DNA of 64,000 nucleotides from an uncultured Gammaproteobacteria bacterium (GCA_963728995.1 CAVSMD010000001.1:244358-308357); one strand, 5' to 3'; shown: positions 41,576 through 52,343, counted from the stretch's first letter. Numbers and translations are program-made. Notes: generated from the sequence alone by a model not told the origin.

Positions 41576-42492
41576 ATGATCGCCCGGCGCACATTGCTCC
41601 GCAGCGCACTCGGCGCCACCGTCGCCGCCGCGCTGCCGCGCGCGTTTGCCGCATCCGCCGTCGCCGTCGCACGACTCGGCGACGACCTGGCGCTGCTCAC
41701 CGGCGCCGGCGGCAACGTGCTCGCGCTCACGACCTCGGACGGCGCTCGTGCTCGTCGACAGCGGCGCCGCCGGCGCCACGGCGGAGCTGCTCGCCGCCGT
41801 CGGCAAGCTGCCGGGCGGCACGCGAATCCGCACGCTGTTCAACACGCACTGGCACCACGAGCAGACCGGCGGCAACGAGGCCATCGGCCGCAGCGGCGCC
41901 ACGATCGTCGCGCACGAGAAGACACGGCAGCGGCTCGCGATCGGCTACTACTTGCCGGCCGAGGATCGCTACGAGCAGCCCGTGCCGGTCGCGGCGCAGC
42001 CGACCGAGAGCTTCTACACGACCGGCGAGACGAAGATCGGCGGCGCAGCGCATCGAGTACGGCTACTTGCTCGAGGCGCACACCGACGGCGATTGCTACG
42101 TGTTCTTCCGCGACGCGAACGTGCTCGCGGTCGGCGACGCCGTGTCGCCCACGCGCGATCCCGAGCTCGACTGGTTCGGCGGCGGCTGGCTCGGCGGGCG
42201 CGTCGACTCGCTCGATCTGCTGCTGAAGCTCGGCAACGACCGCACGAAGTACGTGCCGAGCTACGGCCCGGCCGTCGGCCGCGCGGCCGTGCAGCAGGAG
42301 CGCGACATCATGCTGAAGCTGTTCGAGCGCTTCGTCGACCTCGTGCGCAAGGGGATGAGCGCCGACGACATTTTCGCCGCGGGCATCATGAACGACACGG
42401 GCCGGACTTGGACCGATCCCGCGAAATTCGTGCGCGATGCCTTCAAGGGATTCTGGGCGCATCACAACACGTTGTCGCCCGACATCGTCTGA
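41576..42492 (+). CDS. MBL-fold metallo-hydrolase with variant metal motif, Tat-like signal, disrupted as read
   Basis: ARRTLLRSALGATVAAAL signal. NTHWHHEQTGGN replaces the canonical HxHxDH. HTDGD is present. Frame changes at ~41745 and ~42050. Confidence 0.8.
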
Positions 42493-42510
42493 CTCGTGAC
42501 GAGGCCACGC

Positions 42511-44045
42511 ATGCAACGTCCGCTACTCGCTTTCCTCGCTTCGGTTGCACTGTTCGCCGGCGGCGTCGCAGGTGCCGCAGACTCGCATCTCGCCGACCTG
42601 ATTCAAGCCGGCGACCGCGCGGCGGCGCTCGAGGCGCTGCGCGCCGGTGCGGACGTGAACGCGCCGCAGGGCGACGGCGCCACGCCGCTGCATTGGGCCG
42701 TATACAAGGTGGACGCCGAGCTCGTCGCGGAGCTCTTGAAGCGCGGCGCGAAAGCCAACGCAACGAACAAGTACGGCTCGAGCCCGCTCTCCGAGGCCGT
42801 GAAGCTCGCCGACGCGAAGCTCGTCACGATGCTGCTCGAGGCCGGCGCGGACGCCGAATCGCCGAACGCCGATGGCGAGACGGCGCTGATGCTCGCGGCG
42901 CGCGCCGGCGCGCTCGACGTCGCGAAGCTGCTCGTTGCGCACGGCGCCAACGTCAACGTCACGGAAGCCTGGCGCGGGCAGACGGCGCTGATGTGGGCCG
43001 TGGACGGCAATTATCCCGAGCTCGCGGAATTCCTGATCGCGAAAGGCGCCGACGTGCACGTGCGCGCCGATGCGAACGAATGGCGCGCGCAGATCACGTC
43101 CGAGCCGCGCGCGCAGTATCGGCCGACCGGCGGGCTCACGGCCGCTGCTTGTACGCCGTGCGCTCGGGCTGCTCGCGCTGCGTGCGTGCGTTGCTGCAGG
43201 CCGGCGCCGACGTCAATCAGCCGAACCCCGACGGCGTCACGCCGCTGATGGTGGCGATCGACAACTTCCACTACGACACCGCGCGGCTGCTGCTCGATTC
43301 CGGCGCGAATCCGCACGTCGTCGACTGGTGGGGCCGCACGGCGCTGTATGCGGCCGTGGACATGGCGAGCTACAACCGCCGCGGCGCTCAGCCGACCGCC
43401 GACGCCGAGACCTCCGCGCACGACATCATCCGGCTGCTGCTCGAGGCCAAGGTGAACCCGAACCCGCAGCTGAACATGCACCGCCCGGGGCGCGGCGGCA
43501 ACAGCAGCCGGTTCGTCGACGACCTGCTCACGACGGGTGCCACGCCGCTGCTGCGCGCCGCGATCGGTCACGACGTGGAATCCGTGCGGCTGCTGCTCGA
43601 TCACGGCGCGCTCGTCGATCTGCCGAACGTCATGGGCGTGACGCCGCTGATGGGCGCCGCGGGCATGGGCGTCTCGCCGCGCGATCGGCGCTTGAGCTTC
43701 GACGGCGACGTCGAGGCGCGCGTGATCGCGACGCTGGACCCGCTGGTCGCGGCCGGCGCCGACGTGAACGCCAAGGTGACCGACATCGCGAGCCGCACGG
43801 CGCGCATCGCCCGGATCAGCACGATGACGGAGCGAGAGGGCCAGACCGCGCTCTACGGTGCCGTGAAGTTCGGCTGGGCCGGCGTGGTCGCGTTCTTGCT
43901 CGACCACGGCGCGGCCACCGACGTGAAGGACGCGCTCGGCAACACGCCGCTCGACGCGGCGCTGGGGAAGACGGGCGGGCGCGACAACAAGGTGTCCGAC
44001 GAAGTCGCCGCATTGCTGAAGCGCGGCGCGGTCGCCGCGCGCTAA
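42511..44045 (+). CDS. secreted ankyrin-repeat protein (copy 2), disrupted as read
   Basis: Signal MQRPLLAFLASVALFAGGVAGA. The ankyrin repeats and C-terminal region are colinear with copy 1 (for example RGQTALMWA, NPDG.TPLM). One frame change at ~43145. Confidence 0.85.
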
Positions 44046-44108
44046 CGAGACTGCCGGCCACCGGGGCCGCTCAGCGGCGTCGATTGTCCTCCGAGGCGAG
44101 CTTGCCGC

Positions 44109-44441
44109 ATGTCCGCATATCGAGACGCTCTCTGGATCAACGCCGACTCCTCGGATCAGCGCTTGCAGCAAGCCGCGGAGATTCTTGCTACGGGTGCCGG
44201 TGTCGTGATGTTCGACGCCACCGTTGCTCTGCGCCCCACACCCTCTTGCCTGCTTTGTGAGGTGGTCGATCCCGCGCCCTCATCGCGATGCTGCGAGCAC
44301 GAGTTCGAAGTGCTGGTGGAGAACGCACGGAGGACGTTGGATTCTTCGCGGCTCGGCAAACGCCTGCCAAATGTTCCGCGCAAATGGCTTGTGGTGGAGG
44401 ACTATGGAACCGGCACGATGGAGCTGTGGCATGCGCCCTGA
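44109..44441 (+). CDS. hypothetical protein (lower-GC islet)
   Basis: 110-aa ORF with different codon usage from the flanking genes. No recognisable motif. Confidence 0.4.
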   Translation: MSAYRDALWINADSSDQRLQQAAEILATGAGVVMFDATVALRPTPSCLLCEVVDPAPSSRCCEHEFEVLVENARRTLDSSRLGKRLPNVPRKWLVVEDYGTGTMELWHAP

Positions 44442-44457
44442 AGCCTCGATCCGCTAG

Positions 44458-44904
44458 ATGATTCGCGGCGTCATGGGAGCGAGGTTGTCGTATGTGTCAG
44501 GAGCCCTTTGCTTTGCGGCAGTGGCGATGGCGATTACCGCGCGGGTCAACAGTTTCGGGCCCTTGTTCGTGCTCTCGGTCGTTGCGTCGACGGCGGTCGT
44601 GGCGGCGATCGCATCGCTCGGGCTGCTTGCGGCGGCTCGTGTAGCCCCCGTTTCGGCGTGGCTATTGGCGGGCGTCCTCGTGCCCGTTGCCGCCGTATTC
44701 GGGTTCCTTGGAACGACGATGGTGGTGGGCCGCATGCTCGCGGGAACCTGGAGCACCGTGATGATGTCCGGGCTGATTATCGCGGTTGCACTGACGATCA
44801 CGGTGCCATTGGGTATCTTTGGACACTTGCTCCTTCGCTGGCTGATCAAATCGCTATTCTATTCGTCGCGTTCGATGGCGCCCGACAACCGCATCGGCCG
44901 CTAA
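44458..44904 (+). CDS. hypothetical integral membrane protein (4 predicted TM helices)
   Basis: 148 aa, hydrophobic throughout. It starts 16 nt after the previous ORF. Confidence 0.5.
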   Translation: MIRGVMGARLSYVSGALCFAAVAMAITARVNSFGPLFVLSVVASTAVVAAIASLGLLAAARVAPVSAWLLAGVLVPVAAVFGFLGTTMVVGRMLAGTWSTVMMSGLIIAVALTITVPLGIFGHLLLRWLIKSLFYSSRSMAPDNRIGR

Positions 44905-44922
44905 CCGGTGATCGCACGAATC

Positions 44923-46062
44923 ATGCGCCCGTTGCTCGTCTTCCTGGCCGTCTGCCTTCTGAGCGTTAGCTCTCCCGCAGCGCACGGCGCCGAGTCGCTC
45001 ATTGCGCCAACGGGCAGGTGGGACGTGGGGCGCGCCAGCGTCGAGATCGTCGACCGCGGACGAACGATGCCGGGCTCCGGCGAACCGCGTCGATTGATGC
45101 TTCGCATCTGGTACCCGACGGACTCTGCCCATTCGCCCGCGGCCGCTCTGCCCTACATGGAAGGCCTGGACCGTGCACGAGGGTCGGTTACCGCCGACGA
45201 GCTCAATCTTCTCGAGATGACGGAGACGCACAGCACGGCAGCAGCGCCCGCGCTCCCGACTTCGCGCCGCTTCCCGGTCCTGCTCTTTTCTCACGGAGAG
45301 CAGACCAATGCTTTTCTCTATTCGAATCTTCACGAGGATCTCGCCAGCAGGGGGTACGTCGTTGTCGGCGTCGACCATCCGGGCGCTGCACTGTTTATCG
45401 CGTACCCGGACGGCTCCGTTGCCCCGTACTCAGAGGCAGAGAGCCTTTCCGCTCGCGTCGCCGAGCGAGCCGCTGATCTTCGCTTCGTACGCGATCGCAT
45501 CCGCACCTTGGCGGTGCGCGGGCAGCGTCTCGCAGATATCGTGTCGGAACGAATCGGAGTATTTGGACATTCGGCCGGTGGAATCGCGAGCGCATTGCTG
45601 TGCCAGCAGCCTCGGCTCGCGGACGCCTGCCTAAACTTGGACGGGCGGCTGAACGCCGCGCCCTTCACGATCGATGCCGGGGTCCCACCGCCTTCGAGAC
45701 CCTTCATGTACATCACCAAACCCTTTCGTGCGCTTTCCGACGCGGAGCTGCGCGCGGAAGGCATTACGCGCGAACAGGCAACGAGCACACAGGCAAGCAC
45801 CTGGACCAGAGATAGTCGCCTGCTGGCCCGTGCCGGCCCCCCGAGCTACCGGGTCACGCTTCACCACGCCGAGCACGGCAGCTTTAGTGACGAGCCGTTA
45901 TTGCGGGACCCGGAAGACGCCAATGCCGCGAACTTGATGACGACGATTCGCGAACAGGTGGCACGGTTCTTTGATACGACGCTCACCGATAGCCGACGAA
46001 GCTCTATTGTCCCGACGAGCGATGACGACCTCGAGGTCGAAGTGCTGGCACGAGACCCGTGA
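44923..46062 (+). CDS. secreted alpha/beta hydrolase (PAF-acetylhydrolase/lipase-like)
   Basis: Signal MRPLLVFLAVCLLSVSSPAAHG (the ORF track starts at GTG 44908). PVLLFSHG and the GHSAGG nucleophile elbow are present. Confidence 0.75.
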   Translation: MRPLLVFLAVCLLSVSSPAAHGAESLIAPTGRWDVGRASVEIVDRGRTMPGSGEPRRLMLRIWYPTDSAHSPAAALPYMEGLDRARGSVTADELNLLEMTETHSTAAAPALPTSRRFPVLLFSHGEQTNAFLYSNLHEDLASRGYVVVGVDHPGAALFIAYPDGSVAPYSEAESLSARVAERAADLRFVRDRIRTLAVRGQRLADIVSERIGVFGHSAGGIASALLCQQPRLADACLNLDGRLNAAPFTIDAGVPPPSRPFMYITKPFRALSDAELRAEGITREQATSTQASTWTRDSRLLARAGPPSYRVTLHHAEHGSFSDEPLLRDPEDANAANLMTTIREQVARFFDTTLTDSRRSSIVPTSDDDLEVEVLARDP

Positions 46063-46143
46063 CGGACGCCGCGTGGATACTCGATGCGGTGTTGGTGGGC
46101 CGGTCACTACCGCCACTATTCCACAGAGGGGGTCCAGGTGAGC

Positions 46144-46551
46144 ATGAAACACGTCGAGGGCGGCTGCCTGTGCGGCGACATTCGTTATCGAATGAGCGGA
46201 AAGCCGCTGGCTCGTAGTCGGTGTCATTGCCGCTCCTGTCGCCTTGCCGTGGGCTCGGCAGGAGTTGCCTGGACGATTCTCAAGCGCACGGACTTCGAAA
46301 TCTTGCGGGGCGAGTTGGCACGGTATCGGTCCTCTCCAGGAGTCGTTCGCACCTTCTGTGGGCATTGCGGAACTTCGATCGGTTACGAACCGGAGCGAGA
46401 TCCGGAGAATATCGAGCTCGCGTCCGCCACACTCGATGATCCGACCGAGTTCGCTCCAACGAGAGAAGTGTGGACGAGCCACTGTCTACCGTGGGAGCAA
46501 CTCGATCCGGAGCTTCGCCACTACACGGAGGGAAGTACCGAGCGCGCGTAG
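46144..46551 (+). CDS. GFA (glutathione-dependent formaldehyde-activating-like) family protein
   Basis: GGCLCGDIRY, CHCRSCR and FCGHCGTS zinc-binding Cys motifs. Confidence 0.8.
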   Translation: MKHVEGGCLCGDIRYRMSGKPLARSRCHCRSCRLAVGSAGVAWTILKRTDFEILRGELARYRSSPGVVRTFCGHCGTSIGYEPERDPENIELASATLDDPTEFAPTREVWTSHCLPWEQLDPELRHYTEGSTERA

Positions 46552-46657
46552 GAATTCGGCGTACTGATGCGGCTCGTTCGCTCCGCCCCTCCGAGCTGGC
46601 GCCGCCGACTCATTGATCCTACCATCGGCTTCAGTACCCTCGGGACGACGAGAACCC

Positions 46658-47698
46658 ATGACACGTCAAGCGGTGACTCTTGCAGCGGCGCTCGTCGCCG
46701 CCCTGTCGTTATCGCCCCGAATGTCCGCCGGTCAAACGCCGACGCCGAGCGAGACGCCCTGGCAGCTGCCCCGCACGCTCGACGGCCAGCCGGACTTCCA
46801 CGGCGTCTGGGCTAACAACAACGCCACGCCGCTCGAGCGGCCGAAAGCGCTCGAAGGCCGCGACCGTCTGACGGATGCGGAGGTCGACGCCATGAAGCGC
46901 CGAGCGGCCGAGCTGTTCGACGGCACCGGCGACGCCGCATTCGGTGACGAGGTGTTCCGCACGGTGCTCGCGAGCCTCGACGACTCGAACGCGGGTCCCC
47001 ACGAAAAAGGCGCGAAGGATTTCGACGCCGACACCGGCGATTACAGCTCGGTGTGGATCGTGGCCCGCGATTGGGACAACCGAACGTCGCTGATCACGGA
47101 TCCACCCGACGGCAAGATGCCCGCCTTGACGCCGCAGGCCCGCGCGCGCGCGGCGGCCGTGGCGACAGCGTCCGTTCGCCCGGCCACGAGCCCCAAGGAT
47201 CGCTCGCTGTCCGAGCGTTGCATCACGTACGGCTTGCCGCAGCTGCTCGCCGGCTATCAGAGCTACTACCGCGTCGTTCAGTCGCGCGATGCGGTGGTGA
47301 TCGCGACGGAGATGATCCACGACGCGCGCGTGATACCGCTCGACGGAAGCCCGCACTTGCCGTTGACCGTTCGGCAGTGGCTCGGCGATCCGCGCGGCCA
47401 CTGGGAAGGCGACACGCTCGTGATCGACAGCACGAACTTCAAGCCCCGGAGCTTCATGAACGCCAGCGAGCACCTGCACCTGATCGAGCGGCTGTCGCGC
47501 GTCGGGCCCGACACGCTCGAGTACGAAATCACGATCGACGACCCGGACACCTGGATCCGGCCGTGGACGCTGATGATCCCGTTGCGCCGCTCGGGAGACG
47601 AGGTGTTCGAGTACGCGTGTCACGAGGGCAACGTCGGCATGGTCGGCATCCTGGCCGGGGCGCGCGTGGAGCGCACCGCGCACACGGCGGCGAAGTAG
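46658..47698 (+). CDS. WEGDTLV-family secreted protein
   Basis: Signal MTRQAVTLAAALVAALSLSP. Motifs: ERCITYGLP, RVIPLDGS, GHWEGDTLVIDSTNF and FEYACHEGN. It is closest to the 22037 copy. Confidence 0.8.
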   Translation: MTRQAVTLAAALVAALSLSPRMSAGQTPTPSETPWQLPRTLDGQPDFHGVWANNNATPLERPKALEGRDRLTDAEVDAMKRRAAELFDGTGDAAFGDEVFRTVLASLDDSNAGPHEKGAKDFDADTGDYSSVWIVARDWDNRTSLITDPPDGKMPALTPQARARAAAVATASVRPATSPKDRSLSERCITYGLPQLLAGYQSYYRVVQSRDAVVIATEMIHDARVIPLDGSPHLPLTVRQWLGDPRGHWEGDTLVIDSTNFKPRSFMNASEHLHLIERLSRVGPDTLEYEITIDDPDTWIRPWTLMIPLRRSGDEVFEYACHEGNVGMVGILAGARVERTAHTAAK

Positions 47699-47699
47699 C

Positions 47700-48983
47700 A
47701 TGCGATCGAAGTCAGCCGCCGCCGTCGCGCGCCGCTGGTCGCGGCGAACCCTGGTCCGGGCCGCCGTATGGATCGTGGCGGTGCCGGCGCTCGCGGCGCC
47801 GCTGCATACCCCTGCGCGGGATCGCGACGAGTCGACGTGGATCGGCACCTGGGCCGCGAGCCCCCAGTCCCCGGAGCCGCCGATCGTCCCGGCAAACCCG
47901 GCCGAGCTCGATAACCAGACGCTGCGCCAGATAGTCCACACCACGATCGGCGGTCGCAAGGTACGCATCCGTCTGTCGAACGAGTACGGCGCCGCGCCGC
48001 TCAAGATCGGCGGCGTCACGCTCGCGCTGCATGCCAAGGGCGCCGCGCTCGTCGCGGGCTCCGAGCGCAAGGTGACGTTCGCCGGCCGGTCGTCGTTCGA
48101 CATTCCCGCCCGCGCGCCCGCGCTCAGCGACAGCGTCGATTTCGACGTGCCGCCGAACGGCGACCTTGCGATCAGCCTCTTCCTGCCGGACAAGACGCCC
48201 GCGAGCACGTTTCACCAGCTCGCGGTGGCAACGACGTACATTTCGCTTCCGGGCGATCACACCAGCGCCGTCGACATGCCCGTGGCGGCGACGACGCAGT
48301 CGTGGTTCTTCCTCACCGGCGTCAGCGTCGAGGGTTCGGCCAAGGACGCGGCCATCGTCGCGTTCGGCGACTCGATCACCGACGGCTTCGGCTCCACGCC
48401 CGATGCCAATCATCGCTGGCCCGACGTCCTGGCCGCGCGCCTGCGTGCCGAGCGACGCAACGGCCAGGTGGCCGTGCTCAACGAAGGGATCAGCGGCAAT
48501 CGCACGCAGTTCGATTACATGGGGCCGAGCGCACTGGCCCGGCTCGATCGCGACGTGCTGAGCGCGCCCGCCGCCAAGTTCGTGATTCTACTCGAAGGCA
48601 TCAACAACATCGGCTTTCCGGGCGCGTTCGATCGCGCGAACGAAGCCGTGTCGGCCGAGGACATCATCGCCAGCCAGCGACAGATCATTGCCCGCGTGCA
48701 CGAGCGCGGACTCAAGATCTATGGTGCGACACTCACTCCTTTCGAAGGCACGACGTTCCCCGGCTACTTCAGCCCGGAGGGCGAGCAGAAACGCCAGGCC
48801 GTGAATCGGTGGATCCGCGAGAGCGGCACCTTCGACGCGGTGATCGATTTCGACAGGGCGATCCGCGACCCGGCGCAACCGTCGCGGCTACTGCCGGCGT
48901 ACGATTCCGGCGATCACCTGCATCCGAACGATGCCGGCTACCAGGTCATGGGCAAATTCATCGACCTCGATTTGTTCCGGTAG
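47700..48983 (+). CDS. SGNH/GDSL hydrolase family protein
   Basis: The ATG is 1 nt after the upstream stop. Block I is IVAFGDSITDG, with GISGN and DHLHPN (the catalytic D-x-x-H). Confidence 0.85.
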   Translation: MRSKSAAAVARRWSRRTLVRAAVWIVAVPALAAPLHTPARDRDESTWIGTWAASPQSPEPPIVPANPAELDNQTLRQIVHTTIGGRKVRIRLSNEYGAAPLKIGGVTLALHAKGAALVAGSERKVTFAGRSSFDIPARAPALSDSVDFDVPPNGDLAISLFLPDKTPASTFHQLAVATTYISLPGDHTSAVDMPVAATTQSWFFLTGVSVEGSAKDAAIVAFGDSITDGFGSTPDANHRWPDVLAARLRAERRNGQVAVLNEGISGNRTQFDYMGPSALARLDRDVLSAPAAKFVILLEGINNIGFPGAFDRANEAVSAEDIIASQRQIIARVHERGLKIYGATLTPFEGTTFPGYFSPEGEQKRQAVNRWIRESGTFDAVIDFDRAIRDPAQPSRLLPAYDSGDHLHPNDAGYQVMGKFIDLDLFR

Positions 48984-49052
48984 CTTCGGCCGTGGCGTTC
49001 GGCGCGCGCGCTGAGTACCATTCCGCTACGCCTCAAGGATAGGGATCGTCCC

Positions 49053-49769
49053 ATGCGTATCGCCGTCGCTCTTGCACTGTGCCTGTGCTCCGCTGCGGCG
49101 CTGGCCCAGAACCCCGCGCCTCCCGCCGACCCGCTCGTCGGCAGCGTCGCGCTCGGCTATCTCGCGACCAGCGGCAACACCGACAGCACGAACACGAACG
49201 CGGCGTTCAAGCTCACGTGGGACCGCGGCCGCAGCTGGACCCACAACTGGACGGCGCTCGCGATCTCGGCGCGCACGAACGGCGTCACCACGGCGGAAGC
49301 GTATGCCGCCGGCTACAAGGCGCAGCGCGCGCTCGGCGAGCGGGCGTACCTGTTCGCGTCCGGCGACTGGCGCCAGGATCAATTCTCCGGCTACGACCGG
49401 CAAGCCACCGAGGCGGTCGGCTACGGCCGCAAGCTCCTGAACACCGACCGCCAGACGCTGTCGATCGAGGGCGGTATCGGCGCCAAGCAGTCGACGCTGA
49501 TCGACGGCACCGACACCGACGAAGGCATCGTTCGCGGCGATCTCGACTATCTGCTGCATCTCGGCGAGACCTCCGAGTTCAGCCAGAAGCTCTTGATCGA
49601 AGCCGGCAGCGACAACCGCTACACGGAGTCCACGTCGGCGCTGAAGGCCAAGATCCGCGGCAATCTCGCGCTGGTGCTGTCGTACGTGATCAAGAACAAC
49701 AGCGCCGTGCCGGTCGGCATCGAGAACACCGATCGCTACACGGCGATCTCGCTCGAGTACGGGTTCTAG
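49053..49769 (+). CDS. DUF481 (YdiY-like) outer-membrane beta-barrel protein
   Basis: Signal peptide, GYLATSGNTDS and a C-terminal YTAISLEYGF. Confidence 0.75.
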   Translation: MRIAVALALCLCSAAALAQNPAPPADPLVGSVALGYLATSGNTDSTNTNAAFKLTWDRGRSWTHNWTALAISARTNGVTTAEAYAAGYKAQRALGERAYLFASGDWRQDQFSGYDRQATEAVGYGRKLLNTDRQTLSIEGGIGAKQSTLIDGTDTDEGIVRGDLDYLLHLGETSEFSQKLLIEAGSDNRYTESTSALKAKIRGNLALVLSYVIKNNSAVPVGIENTDRYTAISLEYGF

Positions 49770-49771
49770 CC

Positions 49772-50905
49772 CTAGCGGGCCGATCGCTCGGTGGCGCGGT
49801 GGCGGCGCAGCAGGTCCTCGCCGAAGTCCCCGGCGCGGCTGCGCCAGACCTCGTGCACGTGGTTGCCGTTGGCCTGCGCGTTGTCGTACTCGAACACGAA
49901 GTCCTTGCCCTGAATCCGGTAGTAATGCGGCTCGCCTTTCTTAAGGCCGCCGATCCAGGCGAACTTCAGAGCGTTCAGATCGAGTGACTGCCGATAAACG
50001 CTCGCCACCTCGGGCCGGTACGTGGTGAACAGCTCATCGAGCAGCGCGAGCAGCGTGGCTTGCTGCGCGCCGGTCAGCGCCGCGAACGCGACGCCGTCGG
50101 GCGTAAGCTCGGACTGCCACGCGTCCCACTCCTCGCGCGGCTTGAAGATGTTGCTCGCGTGCAGGTCCCACGGCGTGTCGTACGCATAGCTGAAGCCGGC
50201 CTTCGTATTGAACTCGGCGTCGCCTTTGAGGATTGCCGCCTTGCGCTGCGTCTCGGACAGCGACGTGACGAGTTGGCGGCCGAGATCCTCCTCCACGCGC
50301 AGCACGCGCTCGCCCGCCAGCGCGCCGAACGGCACCTGGGCCGGGTCGGCGCCGAGGAACGTCGGCGTCACGCTGAAGCCCTGCCCCGGCGCCACCGTGA
50401 TGCTGAGCGAGATGTGGTGACCCTCGAAGCGCCACGCCCACGGCGCGTCGTCGCTCGGCTCGCCGAACAACGTCAGCGTGTAGGCCTCGATGCCGCGCGG
50501 GAAGCCGGTGCTCGAGGTCGCTTCGAGGAAATTCTCGAGCTGCATGATGTTCAGCAGCTTCTGATAGCCCTTGGCGCTGACGAGCGTCCACAGGAGCTCG
50601 TGCAGCAGCACGCGGTGCTTCGTGTGCATGAGGCCCACGGAGAGCCCCGAGCGGTCCGTGGGCCAGTACGCCCACTGCTGGCGCTGCGGATCGTCGAGCG
50701 TGAGCAACAGGCGATCCTCCATGGAGAAATTGCGCAGGCGCTCGGAGAACTCGGGGTCGCCGCGCACGGACGCGAGCAGCGCGCGCGCCGCGCTCGTCAT
50801 CGCCTTCGCAACGGCGGGATCCCGCACGGCGGGCGCCGCCGCGTTCTGCGCCGCCACCGCGGCCGTGAACGAGAGACAGACGAGCAGCGCGACGAGTCGA
50901 GCCAT
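49772..50905 (-). CDS. DUF3500 family secreted protein
   Basis: Start at MARLVALLVCLSFTAAVAA inside ORF 49772..51145. WAWRFEGHHISLS core motif. Confidence 0.7.
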   Translation of the reverse strand: MARLVALLVCLSFTAAVAAQNAAAPAVRDPAVAKAMTSAARALLASVRGDPEFSERLRNFSMEDRLLLTLDDPQRQQWAYWPTDRSGLSVGLMHTKHRVLLHELLWTLVSAKGYQKLLNIMQLENFLEATSSTGFPRGIEAYTLTLFGEPSDDAPWAWRFEGHHISLSITVAPGQGFSVTPTFLGADPAQVPFGALAGERVLRVEEDLGRQLVTSLSETQRKAAILKGDAEFNTKAGFSYAYDTPWDLHASNIFKPREEWDAWQSELTPDGVAFAALTGAQQATLLALLDELFTTYRPEVASVYRQSLDLNALKFAWIGGLKKGEPHYYRIQGKDFVFEYDNAQANGNHVHEVWRSRAGDFGEDLLRRHRATERSAR

Positions 50906-51065
50906 GGCAAAGCACCTCGTTATCAGGAAATGCGTGGCGCGCGGGGCCGGGTGACGGCGTGTGCGGGCAGGCTGCCCGAAGCCTCGTCGCTCTCCCCCAA
51001 AGCGCATCGGCCGATATACGATGGCCCGGCCGCGACACGCGCACAAGGGGTTCAAAGGGGGAGCG

Positions 51066-52334
51066 ATGCGCCCGTTACGGAAATCGTTGCGTTCGACGTT
51101 TGCGCTCGGCGCGCTCGTCACGTGCGTCGCGCAGGCCGACGACACCGCGGTCTTCCCGGGCCAGAAGGGCGGTCAGGACACGTTCGGCCACTACGCCGTC
51201 GTTGCCGACTGGCCGAAGCCGCTGGCGCAGCTGCCGGGCCATGCGGGCTGGACCTACGGCGCCACGCAGGCCGTGTTCGCCGCCAGCCCCGATCGGGTGT
51301 TCGTGCTGCAGCGCGGCGAGCTCCCGGCGCTCGAGCGCCCGGCCACGCGCCGCGTGCGCGACGTCGGGCCGAGCCTCGAGTTTCCGATGTTCCGCTTGCC
51401 GTTTCGCGATGCCACGGTCGCCAGCCCGCCGGGCGGCGGCGCGGCCGGGCAGATGCCGGCGGATGGGCTCAAGGCGTGGCAGGACCAGGGCGGCGTGCTC
51501 GGCGTCGATGCGCGCTGGGAGCACTGCATTCTGGTGTTCGACCGCAACGGCAACCTGATCGAGGACTGGACGCAGTGGGACTCGATGCTCGCGCGGCCGC
51601 ATGCGGTGTACATCAGCCCGTACGATCCCGAGCAGCACGTCTGGATCGTGGACGACTTCCGGCAAGCGATCTTCAAATTCACCAATGACGGTAAGAAGCT
51701 CGTGCAAACCATTGGTACGTATGGGGAACCCGGCACCGATCACACGCATTTCTTTCGCCCGACGTTCATCGCGTGGCTGCCGGACGGCACGTTCTTCGTG
51801 GCGGACGGCTACGAGAACACGCGCGTCGTGAAGTTCGACGCCGCCGGCCACTACTTGCTCGAATGGGGCCAGAAAGGCACCCCGCCGCACGACACGCGGC
51901 CCGGCTATTTCAACAACGTGCACGGCATCGCCGTGGATCCGAAGTCGCGGCGCGTGTTCGTGAATGATCGCGCGAACAATCGCGCCCAAGTCTTTGACGA
52001 GAATGGCAAGTTCCTGGATCAATGGAGCTTCGGCGGACCGCCGTCGGACATCCACCTGTTTCTGATGTCCGGCGACGGCTATCTGTGGGCCGCCGACCGC
52101 GGCACGAGCAAGATCCTGAAATATTCCCTCGACGGCACGCTGCTGTACTCGTGGGGCACCTGGGGCACGTTCCCCGGTGGCTTCTGGGGCGTGCACGGCA
52201 TGAGCGTCGACTCGGACGGCAACTTCTACGTGGCCGAGGTCGACACGGGCCGCGTCCAGAAATTTAGGCCCAGGCCCGACGCGAATCCCGCCTATCGGAT
52301 CGCACCCCCCGCCCCCCTCCGCGTGGCTCGCTGA
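51066..52334 (+). CDS. NHL-repeat six-bladed beta-propeller protein (peptidylglycine-lyase-like)
   Basis: ATG follows AAGGGGGGAG. Signal peptide. Repeated blades carry FFVADGYENTRVVKFD, VHGIAVD..RVFVNDRANNRAQVFD and NFYVAEVDTGRVQKF. Confidence 0.7.
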   Translation: MRPLRKSLRSTFALGALVTCVAQADDTAVFPGQKGGQDTFGHYAVVADWPKPLAQLPGHAGWTYGATQAVFAASPDRVFVLQRGELPALERPATRRVRDVGPSLEFPMFRLPFRDATVASPPGGGAAGQMPADGLKAWQDQGGVLGVDARWEHCILVFDRNGNLIEDWTQWDSMLARPHAVYISPYDPEQHVWIVDDFRQAIFKFTNDGKKLVQTIGTYGEPGTDHTHFFRPTFIAWLPDGTFFVADGYENTRVVKFDAAGHYLLEWGQKGTPPHDTRPGYFNNVHGIAVDPKSRRVFVNDRANNRAQVFDENGKFLDQWSFGGPPSDIHLFLMSGDGYLWAADRGTSKILKYSLDGTLLYSWGTWGTFPGGFWGVHGMSVDSDGNFYVAEVDTGRVQKFRPRPDANPAYRIAPPAPLRVAR

Positions 52335-52343
52335 GGACGCCCG

